A stretch of 64,000 nt of DNA from an uncultured Candidatus Saccharibacteria bacterium. GTDB taxonomy: Bacteria; Patescibacteriota; Minisyncoccia; Phycocordibacterales; UBA9973. A program made the position numbers and the translations under genes. Below the pieces are notes generated by a model, which was not told the DNA's origin, made no database searches, and worked only from the letters and a program-made list of their open reading frames with translations. Below, piece by piece: positions 16,893 through 27,541 of the stretch. The stretch's first letter is position 1. Every line of letters starts with the position of its first letter. The stretch is taken from positions 1,800 to 65,799 of the forward strand of contig CAZLWF010000004.1 of the NCBI GenBank assembly GCA_964563615.1, written 5' to 3'.

Positions 16893-17442
16893 ATTAGTAC
16901 AAAAAATTGAAGCTCTGCTTTTTATCAAAGGCCAGGCACTTTCATTGGCTGAATTAGTTGCGTTGACTCGTGAGCCTAAAAGTAAAATAGTAGAGGCATG
17001 CAGCATGCTCCAAGAAAAACATAAGGATGATGGCATTGTTATTGTTTTTAACGACGAAGAGATTGCCCTGGGAACTAATCCTTTACTTGCATCATTTCTT
17101 GATCAAATTCGTAAAGAAGAACTTGAGAAAGAACTCAGTAAAGCAAGTGTTGAGACATTGGCAATTATTTTGTATAAAAAAAATGTTACCCGTGCAGAAA
17201 TCGATTATATTAGAGGTGTCAATTCAAGTTTTATCTTACGTGCATTGCTAATCCGCGGACTTATTGAGAAACAAAGCCATCCAGAAGATTCAAGAAAATT
17301 TATGTATACACCATCGCTTGATCTCATGCGATTTTTAGGCATAACGTCGCTTGAAGAGTTGTCAGATAAGGCAAACATAGAAGCATCGCTTCAGACATTT
17401 GTGCAAAATAGTGCTCAAGAAATTGAACAAGAGAGCGTATGA
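16879..17442 (+). CDS. scpB: segregation and condensation protein B
   Basis: IEALLFIKGQALSLAELV and tandem wHTH. 4-nt ATGA overlap with the next gene. Confidence 0.85.
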   Translation: MEITELVQKIEALLFIKGQALSLAELVALTREPKSKIVEACSMLQEKHKDDGIVIVFNDEEIALGTNPLLASFLDQIRKEELEKELSKASVETLAIILYKKNVTRAEIDYIRGVNSSFILRALLIRGLIEKQSHPEDSRKFMYTPSLDLMRFLGITSLEELSDKANIEASLQTFVQNSAQEIEQESV

Positions 17443-18383
17443 CATCACACACAACATCACAAATTAGAAAGTCGCAAGTATATCTTGCCCTCATCGGGGC
17501 AGTTTTTCTTGCTGGGCTAAACTATGAGCAAGTATCTGTAAATAACTTTTTCTACAACCAAGAACAAAAAGCACTACAGACTCAAACAGAGAATCAAACT
17601 AAAATAAGCTCTTCTATTTCAGTTGTTGCAAAAGCATATTATGTCTACGACGCAACAACAGATGAAGTCTTATTCCAGAAAAATGCAAAAACTCCGCTGC
17701 CGCTTGCTTCATTGGTAAAAGTTATGACTGCCTTAGTAGCTGAAAACTACCTAGGACCAAATGAAGAAATATATCTTTCGCCATATGCATTGCAATCAGT
17801 TGGTGATACAGGACTCCTCGAAGGTGACCATTGGGAATTAAATTCATTATTACCATTTGCGCTCGTCTCATCATCTAATGATGCCATTCAAGCTATCACT
17901 GAAACAATAGAGTTGAAACGTGCCGCAAGCATTACAAGCATCATGAATCGCGAGGCAATACAGCGCGGATTAACTTCAATGCAGTTTTTTAATTCTACGG
18001 GATTGGATATAACTGATCAAATAAATGGGGGATATGGCAGCGCGGAAGACATTGCGCAACTTTTTGGATATACAATTTTGACCTACCCGTCATTATATGA
18101 ACAGACAAAACTTCCAAGCGCTATTTTTTATTCTACAAGCCAAAAACCATACAGTGCTCAAAACACAAATCAGATGGTTGGCTCTTTTAGTTCACTCATC
18201 GCTTCAAAAACTGGCTATACGACACTAGCCGGGGGAAACCTACTCATCGCCAGAAAAATGCCAAATGAGCATGTAATTATTTTTGCATTATTAGGATCTA
18301 CCTATGTGGGTAGATTTACTGACATGCTTGCTTTGTCGCGCAAGGCAGATATTTATGCAATGACTACACCAGAAGCACTTTAA
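17439..18383 (+). CDS. D-alanyl-D-alanine carboxypeptidase (S11 / PBP5-like)
   Basis: SxxK (ASLVK), SxN (SSSND) and KTG (SKTGYT) motifs, with an N-terminal TM anchor. Confidence 0.75.
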   Translation: MTSHTTSQIRKSQVYLALIGAVFLAGLNYEQVSVNNFFYNQEQKALQTQTENQTKISSSISVVAKAYYVYDATTDEVLFQKNAKTPLPLASLVKVMTALVAENYLGPNEEIYLSPYALQSVGDTGLLEGDHWELNSLLPFALVSSSNDAIQAITETIELKRAASITSIMNREAIQRGLTSMQFFNSTGLDITDQINGGYGSAEDIAQLFGYTILTYPSLYEQTKLPSAIFYSTSQKPYSAQNTNQMVGSFSSLIASKTGYTTLAGGNLLIARKMPNEHVIIFALLGSTYVGRFTDMLALSRKADIYAMTTPEAL

Positions 18384-18401
18384 GCTAGACCTGCTTCGTT
18401 G

Positions 18402-18407
18402 TATACT
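18402..18407 (+). promoter_or_regulatory. putative -10 box TATACT for mraY
   Basis: 7 nt upstream of ATG 18415, no SD. Confidence 0.4.
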
Positions 18408-18414
18408 GAAGTGT

Positions 18415-19476
18415 ATGGATTTAAGTCTTATCAAATTATTCCTCCCAACTGCGCTCGCATTCTTAGTTGGTATTGCAATGACACCTACCGTGGTGAGGTT
18501 TTCTATAAAGCATAAATTGTGGAAGCGCTATGCACGTAAGGACGAAACAAAAAATCCCGATAAAATGTCGTCTGTATTTCAAGCTATTCACAACAGTGAT
18601 GATGAGCTTCGAACATCTCGGATCGGCGGCGTTATTATTTGGCTCTCAACACTTACCGTAGCTTGTGCAATGTGGCTTCTAACATTTTTTTTCCCAAGCC
18701 CAATTATTGAAAAACTAAACTTTATTAGCCGTGATCAAACGCTCATATTATTAGTTGGATTATTCTTTGCATCACTCATAGGCCTCGTTGATGATGCACT
18801 TTGTATTTATGCACATGAAGGTAAGTTCAGTAATGGCTTCCCAAGAATTTATATGATTGTGATGGTAGTTATGATTGGTCTCGTAGGTGGCACCTGGTTC
18901 TACGAAAAACTCGGTGTATCGCTTGTCCACATACCTTTTGATGGCTCAATGGCACTAGGTATACTTTTTATACCTTTCTTCATGCTCGTGCTATTCGGAG
19001 TATTCTCAAGTGGGGTTATCGATGGTATTGATGGTCTTGCAGGTGGCGTGATGGCCACTATTTTTGCTGCATACGCTACTATTGCTTTTTTTCAAAATCA
19101 AATCAATGTGGCTGTGTTTTGTGGAGTCATTACTGGAGCTCTTCTTGCATTTCTTTGGTTCAATATCCCACCCGCCAGGTTTTATTTGGGAGAATCTGGA
19201 ATGTTGGGGCTCACTGTATCCCTAACACTGGTGGCATTTTTAACAAATACAGTTCTTATTTTACCGATTATTGCACTACCATTAACACTAACCGCACTTT
19301 CTTCAGCAATACAAATAATCTCAAAGAAGTTTTTCCACTATAAAGTATTTAGAGTTGCACCACTGCATCATCATTTTCAAAGCTTGGGCTGGTCTAGAGA
19401 AAAAGTCACTATGCGGTATTGGGTCATCTCAGTTATTTTTGCAATTATTGGTATTGTGCTTTCATTGATCAGCTAG
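18415..19476 (+). CDS. mraY: phospho-N-acetylmuramoyl-pentapeptide transferase
   Basis: Polytopic membrane protein with DD, GIDGLAGG and APLHHHF motifs. Confidence 0.92.
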   Translation: MDLSLIKLFLPTALAFLVGIAMTPTVVRFSIKHKLWKRYARKDETKNPDKMSSVFQAIHNSDDELRTSRIGGVIIWLSTLTVACAMWLLTFFFPSPIIEKLNFISRDQTLILLVGLFFASLIGLVDDALCIYAHEGKFSNGFPRIYMIVMVVMIGLVGGTWFYEKLGVSLVHIPFDGSMALGILFIPFFMLVLFGVFSSGVIDGIDGLAGGVMATIFAAYATIAFFQNQINVAVFCGVITGALLAFLWFNIPPARFYLGESGMLGLTVSLTLVAFLTNTVLILPIIALPLTLTALSSAIQIISKKFFHYKVFRVAPLHHHFQSLGWSREKVTMRYWVISVIFAIIGIVLSLIS

Positions 19477-19478
19477 GT

Positions 19479-20600
19479 ATGACTACAAAAATCAAACCGT
19501 TCGATAAAACATTCTTTTGGATTGTTGTCACCTTAACTGGTGTAGGAATTTTGACGTTTGTTTCGGCATCGCTTGGTATACTCGCAAAAAGTGAGACTAA
19601 ATTTTATGGTGTTTTATTTAATCAACTTGTACTTGGTCTCTGCGGAGGAGCGCTGGCCCTGTATCTGACCTCAAGAATTAATTATCTGTTCTGGCGTAAA
19701 TACGCTTTTTATTTTTTTCTGGCGTCTATTGGACTTACCTTGCTCGTATTTGTTCCACAAATCGGCTTTACACACGGCGGGGCATCACGGTGGGTGAATC
19801 TTGGCCCCATATCATTTCAGCCAGTAGAATTCCTCAAGGTTGGATTTATATTGTATTTTGCAGCCTATATGTCATGGTTAAAAAGTAAAGCAACAGATTA
19901 TAAGTACAGCATTATTCCACTACTTGCATTACTACTCTTAATTGCGGGTATTTTATTGGCTCAGCCAGATACAAAAAGTTTACTACTCATTATTGTCACG
20001 GGCGGAGCAATGCTTTTTGTGTCTGGAGTGCCACTGAAATATATTTTTGGACTTTTGGGAATCGCAGCTGCAGGATTGCTCATCTTGGCATTTTTTACTC
20101 CATATCTGACAAGCCGTATTGATACTTTTATTCATCCTGATAAAGATAGCTCAGGATCATCATATCAACTCCAACAATCCCTAATCGCAATAGGCTCGGG
20201 TGGCACGTTTGGTCGGGGTCTGGGACAAAGCATCCAAAAATTTAGCTATTTACCAGAACCTCAAGGTGATTCAATATTTGCTGTTATAGGTGAAGAATTT
20301 GGCTTTATTGGTTGCAGTGTACTACTCGTGCTGTATACAGCATTTGTACTTAGGGGACTGAGGATTGCAAACCACGCTCCTGATGGTTTTAGTAGACTTT
20401 TTATTGTTGGAATTGTTATACTTTTAGGCGCGCAATCGCTTTTAAACATTGCATCGATTATTGGTTTATTTCCATTGACCGGCGTGCCATTAGTTTTTGT
20501 AAGTCATGGTGGCACTTCACTTATGATCTCACTGGCAGCAATGGGGGTTATACTTAACATGTCACGTTACCAGAAAACAACTAACGGCATGCATAAATAA
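19479..20600 (+). CDS. ftsW: SEDS-family peptidoglycan polymerase FtsW/RodA
   Basis: PEPQGDSIFAVIGEEFGF and GGTS motifs. Sits between mraY and murG. Start moved to ATG 19479. Confidence 0.85.
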   Translation: MTTKIKPFDKTFFWIVVTLTGVGILTFVSASLGILAKSETKFYGVLFNQLVLGLCGGALALYLTSRINYLFWRKYAFYFFLASIGLTLLVFVPQIGFTHGGASRWVNLGPISFQPVEFLKVGFILYFAAYMSWLKSKATDYKYSIIPLLALLLLIAGILLAQPDTKSLLLIIVTGGAMLFVSGVPLKYIFGLLGIAAAGLLILAFFTPYLTSRIDTFIHPDKDSSGSSYQLQQSLIAIGSGGTFGRGLGQSIQKFSYLPEPQGDSIFAVIGEEFGFIGCSVLLVLYTAFVLRGLRIANHAPDGFSRLFIVGIVILLGAQSLLNIASIIGLFPLTGVPLVFVSHGGTSLMISLAAMGVILNMSRYQKTTNGMHK

Positions 20601-20608
20601 ATATCACT

Positions 20609-21736
20609 ATGAAAATATTATTTACTGGTGGAGGAACAGGCGGGCACTTTTATCCCATTATTGCTATTGCAGAAAATATACAAAGAGTTGTCCAGGATGA
20701 AAAAATTCTTAAAGTCGAACTATTCTATATGTCGACTGAGCCGTATGATAAAGCTGCATTATACGAAAATAGTATAACTTTTATCCCAGTCACTGCCGGT
20801 AAACTACGCATTTATCCATCGATAAAAAATTTCATAGATATAGGCAAAACCATATTTGGCTGTTTCGAAGCAACTCTCAAAGTATTTGCATTATATCCAG
20901 ACGTCGTCGTTGGGAAGGGAGGTTATGCAAGTTTCCCGGCGCTTTTTGCAGCACGACTTTTGAGAATACCAGTAATTATTCATGAATCAGACTCAGCACC
21001 AGGGCGAGTAAATAATTGGGCAGCAAAATTTGCCAAACGTATAGCAATATCTTTTGAAGAAGCTAGCGATTATTTCCCCAAAGCAAAAACTGCCTGGACT
21101 GGACAACCGATCCGGAGAGACATCACCCAAGCTGAGCGAAATGGAGCATTCGAATACCTGAAATTCAACTCAATCATACCAGTGCTATTTATTCTTGGAG
21201 GATCACAAGGTGCACAAAAAATTAATAATGCAATCATTGATGCATTACCTACCTTGGTTGCCAAGTATCAAATTATCCACCAGGTTGGGATAAAAAATCT
21301 TAAAGATGTATCTGAAACAGCTCAAGTAGTGCTTTCAGGAAATACCAATAAGGATCGGTACAAGTCAGTTGGATTTCTTAATCCACTGGGTATGAAAATG
21401 AGTTCAGGGGCTGCAACGCTGGTTATTTCTCGTGCAGGTTCAACGATATTTGAAATCGCGTCTTGGAATGTACCTTCGATTATTATTCCATTTGATAAAT
21501 CAAATGGGGACCATGCAAGAAAAAATGCTTACACCTATGCCAGAGCTGGCTGTTGTGAAGTCATCGAAGAGAATAATTTGACACCCAATGTGCTCGTCTC
21601 AGAAATAGAGAATATTTTAAGTAATCCAAGTAAAGTTGCTGCAATGAAAAAGGCCACACAGGATTTTGCGCGACCTGATGCAGGACGCGTCATTGCCAAG
21701 GAAATTCTTGATTTAGCTTTAGAACATGTAAAGTAG
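20609..21736 (+). CDS. murG: UDP-GlcNAc--lipid I N-acetylglucosamine transferase MurG
   Basis: ILFTGGGTGGHFYPIIAIAE N-terminus and a GT28 C-terminal domain. Confidence 0.9.
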   Translation: MKILFTGGGTGGHFYPIIAIAENIQRVVQDEKILKVELFYMSTEPYDKAALYENSITFIPVTAGKLRIYPSIKNFIDIGKTIFGCFEATLKVFALYPDVVVGKGGYASFPALFAARLLRIPVIIHESDSAPGRVNNWAAKFAKRIAISFEEASDYFPKAKTAWTGQPIRRDITQAERNGAFEYLKFNSIIPVLFILGGSQGAQKINNAIIDALPTLVAKYQIIHQVGIKNLKDVSETAQVVLSGNTNKDRYKSVGFLNPLGMKMSSGAATLVISRAGSTIFEIASWNVPSIIIPFDKSNGDHARKNAYTYARAGCCEVIEENNLTPNVLVSEIENILSNPSKVAAMKKATQDFARPDAGRVIAKEILDLALEHVK

Positions 21737-21753
21737 AGAAATAAGCTTCATTC

Positions 21754-21762
21754 TGGTAAAAT
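21754..21762 (+). promoter_or_regulatory. extended -10 element TGgTAAAAT for gltX
   Basis: 6 nt upstream of ATG 21769, no SD. Confidence 0.5.
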
Positions 21763-21768
21763 ACAGGG

Positions 21769-23229
21769 ATGTCAGTAGAAAAAGTCATTACTCGTTTTGC
21801 CCCGTCTCCAACGGGCTATATGCATATTGGTGGTATCCGTACTGCAATATATGCATGGCTTTGGGCGCGGAAAAATAATGGGGTTTTTATATTACGAAGT
21901 GAAGATACAGACAAAAAAAGAGAAGTTGAGAATTCATTTGACCATATAATCGAATCTCTGAAATGGCTTGGTATTACTTGGGATGAAGGCCCCGATATAG
22001 GTGGACCTCACGGACCATACACTCAATCACAAAAATTAGACACGTATAGAAAGTATGCACAAATACTTATAGATAAAGGCTTAGCGTACACTGACCCTTA
22101 TACTGAAGAGGAGGTTGAGGAATTTCGCAAAGAAGCAGAAAGTAAAAAGCAACCATTTCTTTTTAGGGATCACCGCCCAGACAATCCTCCAATATGGGAC
22201 GGAAGTAAACCACTTCGCTTCAAAGTAACTAACATTAAATCTTATAAGTGGCACGATCTTGCCCGGGGCACCTTGAGTGCAGGACCAGAGGCGCTTGATG
22301 ATTTTATCTTAATTAAGAGTGATGGTTACCCAACATATAATTTTGCTCATATTATTGATGATTTAGAAATGGGAGTAACTCATATTATGCGTGCTGATGA
22401 ATTCATTGCATCAACACCCAAATTCCTCTCACTCTACGATGCACTTGAAATTAAACGTCCATCATTTGTAACGTTACCACCAATTCTTGGACCAGATGGC
22501 AAAAAAAAACTCAGCAAACGAGATGGGGCCAAAGATATATTAGATTACCGAAATGAAGGATATTTACCTGAAGCAATGGTTAACTTCCTTGCATTTTTAG
22601 GATGGAATCCAGGCGACGAACGGGAAATATTTACTCGGGAAGAACTTATCCAAGCATTTGATGTTACGAAAATTCAAAAATCAGGCGCAAAAGTAAACCA
22701 AGAAAAACTTGATTGGATAAACAGGGAACACATACTCACATTAAATGATGAGGAATTCATAAAGCACACTAAAAAATATTTACCAGACTCTATTAGTAAA
22801 CTAGCTACATTCTCTGAACATATATTTAGCCGTATGCTACCAATACTCCGTGAACGTATCAATAAGTTTTCTGATATTAATGATATGGGAGATAGGGGAG
22901 AGTTAACATATTTTTTCAATAAACCTGATATCAATGTTGAAGGACTTACCTATAAAGACACCCCGTCTGAAGTTACAAAAACTAATTTAGAAAATGTTTT
23001 TAGTATTCTGTCAAATATGACTGAAAGGGAGTTTACGAAAGAAACAATAAAAGATTCAATTATGCGGACGCTTGATCCTAAAGATAGAGGTGCGACACTG
23101 CATCCTATGCGATTTGCATTATCCGGACTCGATAAATCCCCAGACCCTTTTATACTTGCTGATATACTTGGTAAATCTGAAACTTTGGAAAGACTTTCTA
23201 TTGCTATAACCATACTCCAGCATAAATAA
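21769..23229 (+). CDS. gltX: glutamate--tRNA ligase
   Basis: RFAPSPTGYMHIGGIRTA (HIGH region) and KLSKRDG (KMSKS). Confidence 0.92.
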   Translation: MSVEKVITRFAPSPTGYMHIGGIRTAIYAWLWARKNNGVFILRSEDTDKKREVENSFDHIIESLKWLGITWDEGPDIGGPHGPYTQSQKLDTYRKYAQILIDKGLAYTDPYTEEEVEEFRKEAESKKQPFLFRDHRPDNPPIWDGSKPLRFKVTNIKSYKWHDLARGTLSAGPEALDDFILIKSDGYPTYNFAHIIDDLEMGVTHIMRADEFIASTPKFLSLYDALEIKRPSFVTLPPILGPDGKKKLSKRDGAKDILDYRNEGYLPEAMVNFLAFLGWNPGDEREIFTREELIQAFDVTKIQKSGAKVNQEKLDWINREHILTLNDEEFIKHTKKYLPDSISKLATFSEHIFSRMLPILRERINKFSDINDMGDRGELTYFFNKPDINVEGLTYKDTPSEVTKTNLENVFSILSNMTEREFTKETIKDSIMRTLDPKDRGATLHPMRFALSGLDKSPDPFILADILGKSETLERLSIAITILQHK

Positions 23230-23238
23230 ACTGTATCT

Positions 23239-24564
23239 ATGAACAAACATACGACAACATTACTCGCCATTGGTTTGATCCTAAGTATTACACTAGTGCC
23301 ATTTTACGCATTACAGAAAGATGTACAGGCAGATACAGCAAGTGATTTGTCTCAAAAAATTTCTGAGAGAAATAGTCAAATCGAGCAATTGGAACAAGAG
23401 ATCAAGCAGTATCAAACTGAATTAAATGTAATCGGTAAAAATGCACAAACACTTAAAAGTTCATTGACTGAGTTAGATATCTCTCATAAAAAATTGGAAG
23501 CAGAAGTCAAAGTTACGCAATCAAAAATTACGACGACTAATCTACACATCCAAGAACTAGAGCTCCAGATTGGTGATAAAAATCAAACGATTGATAATAA
23601 TCAACAATCAATAGCAAAAGGTATTGCCATTATAAATGAATCAGAAAACAATCCATTCATCTTTAGTATTCTTACTAAAAGTGCAATAACTGAATCCCTT
23701 GGCAATATTGAAAATATTAAAAGTGTACAAAAGAGAATTCGTGAAAATATATCCGAAGTAACTGTGGTCAAAACTGGACTAGAAGGTAGCAGGACTGATG
23801 CAATCAAGGCAAAGTCACTTCTTGTTGAACTACAAAGTGAGCTTGGCGATCAGCAAAAAATTCTAAGTCAAAATATAGTCGCAAAAAATAAACTACTCGG
23901 AGAGACTAAAGACAAAGAGTCAAACTACAAAAAAATTGTAGCTCAAAAAACTGCATTAAAAAATGCCTTCGAAAATGAGCTGAGAGACTATGAAGCGCAG
24001 TTAAAATTCGTACTAGATCCAAGTAGTTTGCCAAAAGTAGGTTCAGGTGCGCTTAATTGGCCATTGCAATCTGTATATATTACACAATTATTTGGTAAAA
24101 CAGTTGCCGCAAAGCGCCTCTATACAAGCGGCAGCCATAGTGGCATTGATTTTAGAGCAAGCACAGGTACACCAGTTATGGCCATGGCATTAGGTACGGT
24201 TTTGGGCTTTGGTGATACAGATGAAGCTTGTAAAGGGGCATCATTCGGTAAATGGGTATATATCAAATATGACAATGGATTAGGCTCTGTATATGGTCAT
24301 TTATCGCTCATAAAGGCTTCAACAGGACAAAGAGTAGCCCCTGGTGATATCGTTGCGTATAGCGGCTTTACAGGCCATGCAACTGGACCACATCTACATG
24401 TTGGACTCTATGCAGCTGAAGCTGTTGAAATAAGTAATAAAGAAAGCATAGCGTGTAAGGGAAAGATGCTATATCAGCCTCGTGCAGCACTAAATGCATA
24501 TCTAGATCCAATACTTTATATGCCGAAATATACGGCAGATATGCTTAAGCCAGATATGTATTAA
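23239..24564 (+). CDS. M23-family peptidoglycan metalloendopeptidase with N-terminal coiled coil (EnvC-like architecture)
   Basis: Signal/TM segment, a long Q/E/K-rich coiled coil, and C-terminal HSGIDFRA...GHLS...TGPHLHV. Confidence 0.85.
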   Translation: MNKHTTTLLAIGLILSITLVPFYALQKDVQADTASDLSQKISERNSQIEQLEQEIKQYQTELNVIGKNAQTLKSSLTELDISHKKLEAEVKVTQSKITTTNLHIQELELQIGDKNQTIDNNQQSIAKGIAIINESENNPFIFSILTKSAITESLGNIENIKSVQKRIRENISEVTVVKTGLEGSRTDAIKAKSLLVELQSELGDQQKILSQNIVAKNKLLGETKDKESNYKKIVAQKTALKNAFENELRDYEAQLKFVLDPSSLPKVGSGALNWPLQSVYITQLFGKTVAAKRLYTSGSHSGIDFRASTGTPVMAMALGTVLGFGDTDEACKGASFGKWVYIKYDNGLGSVYGHLSLIKASTGQRVAPGDIVAYSGFTGHATGPHLHVGLYAAEAVEISNKESIACKGKMLYQPRAALNAYLDPILYMPKYTADMLKPDMY

Positions 24565-24600
24565 AAAATCCCAGCCGTAAATGTAGCTGGGAAGATTCTT
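24564..24600 (+). terminator. intrinsic terminator
   Basis: AAAAAATCCCAGC...GCTGGGA hairpin after the M23 stop. Confidence 0.7.
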
Positions 24601-24794
24601 AAGTTTTGCTTCTATCTGCTGGTAAAAGAAAGGAGGTCCACGCTATATGTATTCAAATAGCTTTTTTGCAGCAGCGTATGGCATGTAAGAATCCTTTATT
24701 AATCTATAGTATATTTGATACTAAATGCAAGGTATATGTCGCAAAAGATATATTGTGCGACATATAGATATTTATTCCCCCTATCAATACAAAG

Positions 24795-25637
24795 CTACAT
24801 AATACAGCTATTGAACTTACGTACATCACTATTATATTTTTCTAATTCAATTTTTACTTGAGCTACGAGAGTATTATACTCAGTTACCTTTTTATTATGG
24901 TTTTCTACAGCTGTCCAATATTGTATGCTGTTTTGATCCATACTTGCTATACTTCCCTTTTCATTGTCTAATTCAATTACGAGCATCGTAATCGTTGCTT
25001 CTTCGGATTCAATTTTTTCTTTGAGTGCTGGATCTGCTGATGGACAGAGTGCGAGCGGCTTACCAAAATGCTGCACCAGTACCCATACCATACTGTCTTG
25101 ATAAACACCTTTTGCCACACCAACACCAATGTTAGTATATGTATCATTTAAAATATTTGCTCGGTGGCCTGGTGAATTCATCCAAGCGGTAACTACATCT
25201 TCGTCATTTTTAAAAGTGCTTCCAAGGGCAAGATTTTCTCCAATAACTGTATAGGCATATCCAACTTCTGTCGCTAAATCACTTACTCCTTTACCATCGG
25301 GAGATTCATGTTCAAAATATTGCTTAGCGAGCATATCCGCTACTTTTATTTGAGCTGAAACATCTAACTTACTATCCTCAACTAGTGGGCTCAATCCATT
25401 GTCCAAGCGTGCTTTATTAGTTGCCTCAATAATACCTGTTTGCGTCAGGACTGCATTATTTGCCGAACTTAATTCAAGATTGAGAAAAGGCAAATAAATT
25501 GCTGCAAAATTTTCTAGTGGCAACAAAAGATTAAATTTTGAATTGTTGTTAGTTTTTAATGCAAAGCCATAAGAAGTAATAATGCTAGAACAAAGAATTA
25601 TGACAAGCGCTAGAAACAAAAATTTAAATAAGCGCAT
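24795..25637 (-). CDS. secreted CAP/SCP (YkwD-like) domain protein with C-terminal coiled-coil extension
   Basis: Start moved to ATG 25637 (MRLFKFLFLAL signal peptide), 4 nt after the glmS stop. CAP motifs are HESPDG and WMNSPGHRANIL. Confidence 0.75.
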   Translation of the reverse strand: MRLFKFLFLALVIILCSSIITSYGFALKTNNNSKFNLLLPLENFAAIYLPFLNLELSSANNAVLTQTGIIEATNKARLDNGLSPLVEDSKLDVSAQIKVADMLAKQYFEHESPDGKGVSDLATEVGYAYTVIGENLALGSTFKNDEDVVTAWMNSPGHRANILNDTYTNIGVGVAKGVYQDSMVWVLVQHFGKPLALCPSADPALKEKIESEEATITMLVIELDNEKGSIASMDQNSIQYWTAVENHNKKVTEYNTLVAQVKIELEKYNSDVRKFNSCIM

Positions 25638-25641
25638 GATT

Positions 25642-27528
25642 TTATTGAACCGTAACGGACTTTGCCAGGTGGCGTGGCTTATCGATGTTACGATTAAGTT
25701 GAAGGGCTGAATAGTATGCAAATAATTGCAGTACGAGTACCTCAAGTAAAGGATATAGGATCGGGTCTTCAAGATGCGGTATTGATATAACGTCGTTCGC
25801 AGATTTTAAACTTGCGTCTTGTGCAGTTAGTGCATCAGTAATAGCTATGATGTTTCCGCCTTTTGATTTAATTTGCTCAAGCGAAACCTTACTTAAATCA
25901 AAAAGCTTATCTTTCGGTAAAAGCACGATTGATACAGATTGTTCATCTATAACTGCCATTGGACCGTGTTTAAGTTCGCCGAGTGAATACGCACCAACCT
26001 CTTTGTACGTAAGTTCTTTAAATTTCAAAGCTCCTTCGCTCGCTATAGCCATGTGGATACCTCTCCCAAGGAATTGAATTGTGGTTGCATGCTTATATTT
26101 TTTCGCAATAGCTTCTATGTGCGGCGCTTGTAAGAGCACTGCGGTCATCTGATCAGGTATTTTTTCAAAGGCAGTAAGAAGTTTTGTAGCATCATAGGAA
26201 GCCATACCTCTAGAGCGTGCAAGTAGGATAGCGAGAAGATACGCAACCGTACACTGCGCAGTAAATGCTTTTGATGATGCGACACCGATTTCAGCACCTG
26301 CGCGCGTAAATACACCCGCATCAGTTTCATTTGCAATCGCACTGCCGACAACATTGACGATACCAAGCGTCGTGTAGCCGCGTTTTTGTATATCTTTCAC
26401 GGATTCAAGTGTATCTGCTGTCTCACCCGACTGACTAATAGCAATCACGATAGTATCTTCTTTTGGATAATTAAATTTACTGTAACGAAATTCTGAAGCT
26501 ACGTGCGTTGTCACGGTAATTGGTGTCAATGATTCAATAATTTCTTTGGCAACAAGTCCTGCATTATATGCAGTACCGCACGCAACTATAGCGACATGCT
26601 TAATGGCATGTAATCGTTTTTCCATGTCCTTGAGACCACCCAAAATAACCTCACCATTTGTAAGATCATAACGTCCCAACATAGTCATTCTAGTCGTTGA
26701 AGGCTGCTCATAGATTTCTTTGAGCATGAAGGTTGCATAGTCACCTTTCCCTAGGTCTCCGATCGTCATACCATCAATAAGTTGCTCTACTTTTTGAATA
26801 TAGTTTTTTGCATTGTCATCATACTTTGTAATCTCATAGGATAAGCTTGTACCATCGAGTACTCCCATCTCACCATCCTCAAGAACGATATATCGATCGG
26901 TATATCGCAAGAGTGCATTTGGACTCGAAGCAACCACAAACATTGCGTCTGTTTTACCTATAGTCAAAGGACTTCCATTTTTAACTACATAAAGTTTTTG
27001 AGGATCATCTTTGTTTGCAATCACGAGCCCAAAACCACCTTCTAATTTTTGTGCGACACACTTAACTGCATCGTGCATTGTGGCACCTCCTCTAAGCTCC
27101 TCTTCAATCAGATGTGGAATAATTTCTGAATCGGTTTCTGAAACAAATATATGCCCCAAAGCGATCAGCTGCTCTTTTAAGATTTCATAATTTAAAATTG
27201 TCCCATTATGGACAACTGCAATGGTGTGATTACAGTCAAAATGCGGATGTGCATTTTGAATTGATGGTTTACCATGCGTTGCCCATCTTGTGTGACCAAT
27301 ACCAACTGTGCTTGCGATATTTTTAGTGCCAAATTCGCGCTCGATGGTTTCCTTGTTAAAATGTTCACTCGGTGCACCAAGGCATTTAGTTGTTTTAAAA
27401 CTACCGTGATCAACAATCGCAATTCCCGAGCTATCGTAACCACGGTACTCCAAATCACCGAGTGAGGTAATCAAGAAAGGCAACAACTGTTTTTCTTTTT
27501 GACTAACAAATCCAATAATGCCACACAT
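25642..27528 (-). CDS. glmS: glutamine--fructose-6-phosphate aminotransferase
   Basis: MCGIIGF N-terminal nucleophile, two SIS domains and the C-terminal KSVTVQ. Confidence 0.93.
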   Translation of the reverse strand: MCGIIGFVSQKEKQLLPFLITSLGDLEYRGYDSSGIAIVDHGSFKTTKCLGAPSEHFNKETIEREFGTKNIASTVGIGHTRWATHGKPSIQNAHPHFDCNHTIAVVHNGTILNYEILKEQLIALGHIFVSETDSEIIPHLIEEELRGGATMHDAVKCVAQKLEGGFGLVIANKDDPQKLYVVKNGSPLTIGKTDAMFVVASSPNALLRYTDRYIVLEDGEMGVLDGTSLSYEITKYDDNAKNYIQKVEQLIDGMTIGDLGKGDYATFMLKEIYEQPSTTRMTMLGRYDLTNGEVILGGLKDMEKRLHAIKHVAIVACGTAYNAGLVAKEIIESLTPITVTTHVASEFRYSKFNYPKEDTIVIAISQSGETADTLESVKDIQKRGYTTLGIVNVVGSAIANETDAGVFTRAGAEIGVASSKAFTAQCTVAYLLAILLARSRGMASYDATKLLTAFEKIPDQMTAVLLQAPHIEAIAKKYKHATTIQFLGRGIHMAIASEGALKFKELTYKEVGAYSLGELKHGPMAVIDEQSVSIVLLPKDKLFDLSKVSLEQIKSKGGNIIAITDALTAQDASLKSANDVISIPHLEDPILYPLLEVLVLQLFAYYSALQLNRNIDKPRHLAKSVTVQ

Positions 27529-27541
27529 ATAAAAAAATTAA

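Noticed and set aside
16879-17442. Possible alternative genetic code (UGA recoding, as in some candidate phyla).
   Set aside because: scpA and scpB end at TGA at their expected lengths, and all conserved genes are intact under the standard code. The standard bacterial code fits.
24626-24640. Fragment of a 16S rRNA gene 3' end (ACCTCCTTTCT on the minus strand).
   Set aside because: The match is only about 11 nt and the flanking sequence does not resemble helix 45 or the 16S terminus. It is kept only as a low-interest note.
27529-27541. glmS ribozyme upstream of glmS.
   Set aside because: Only 13 nt separate glmS from the upstream gene stop, leaving no room for the roughly 170-nt ribozyme.
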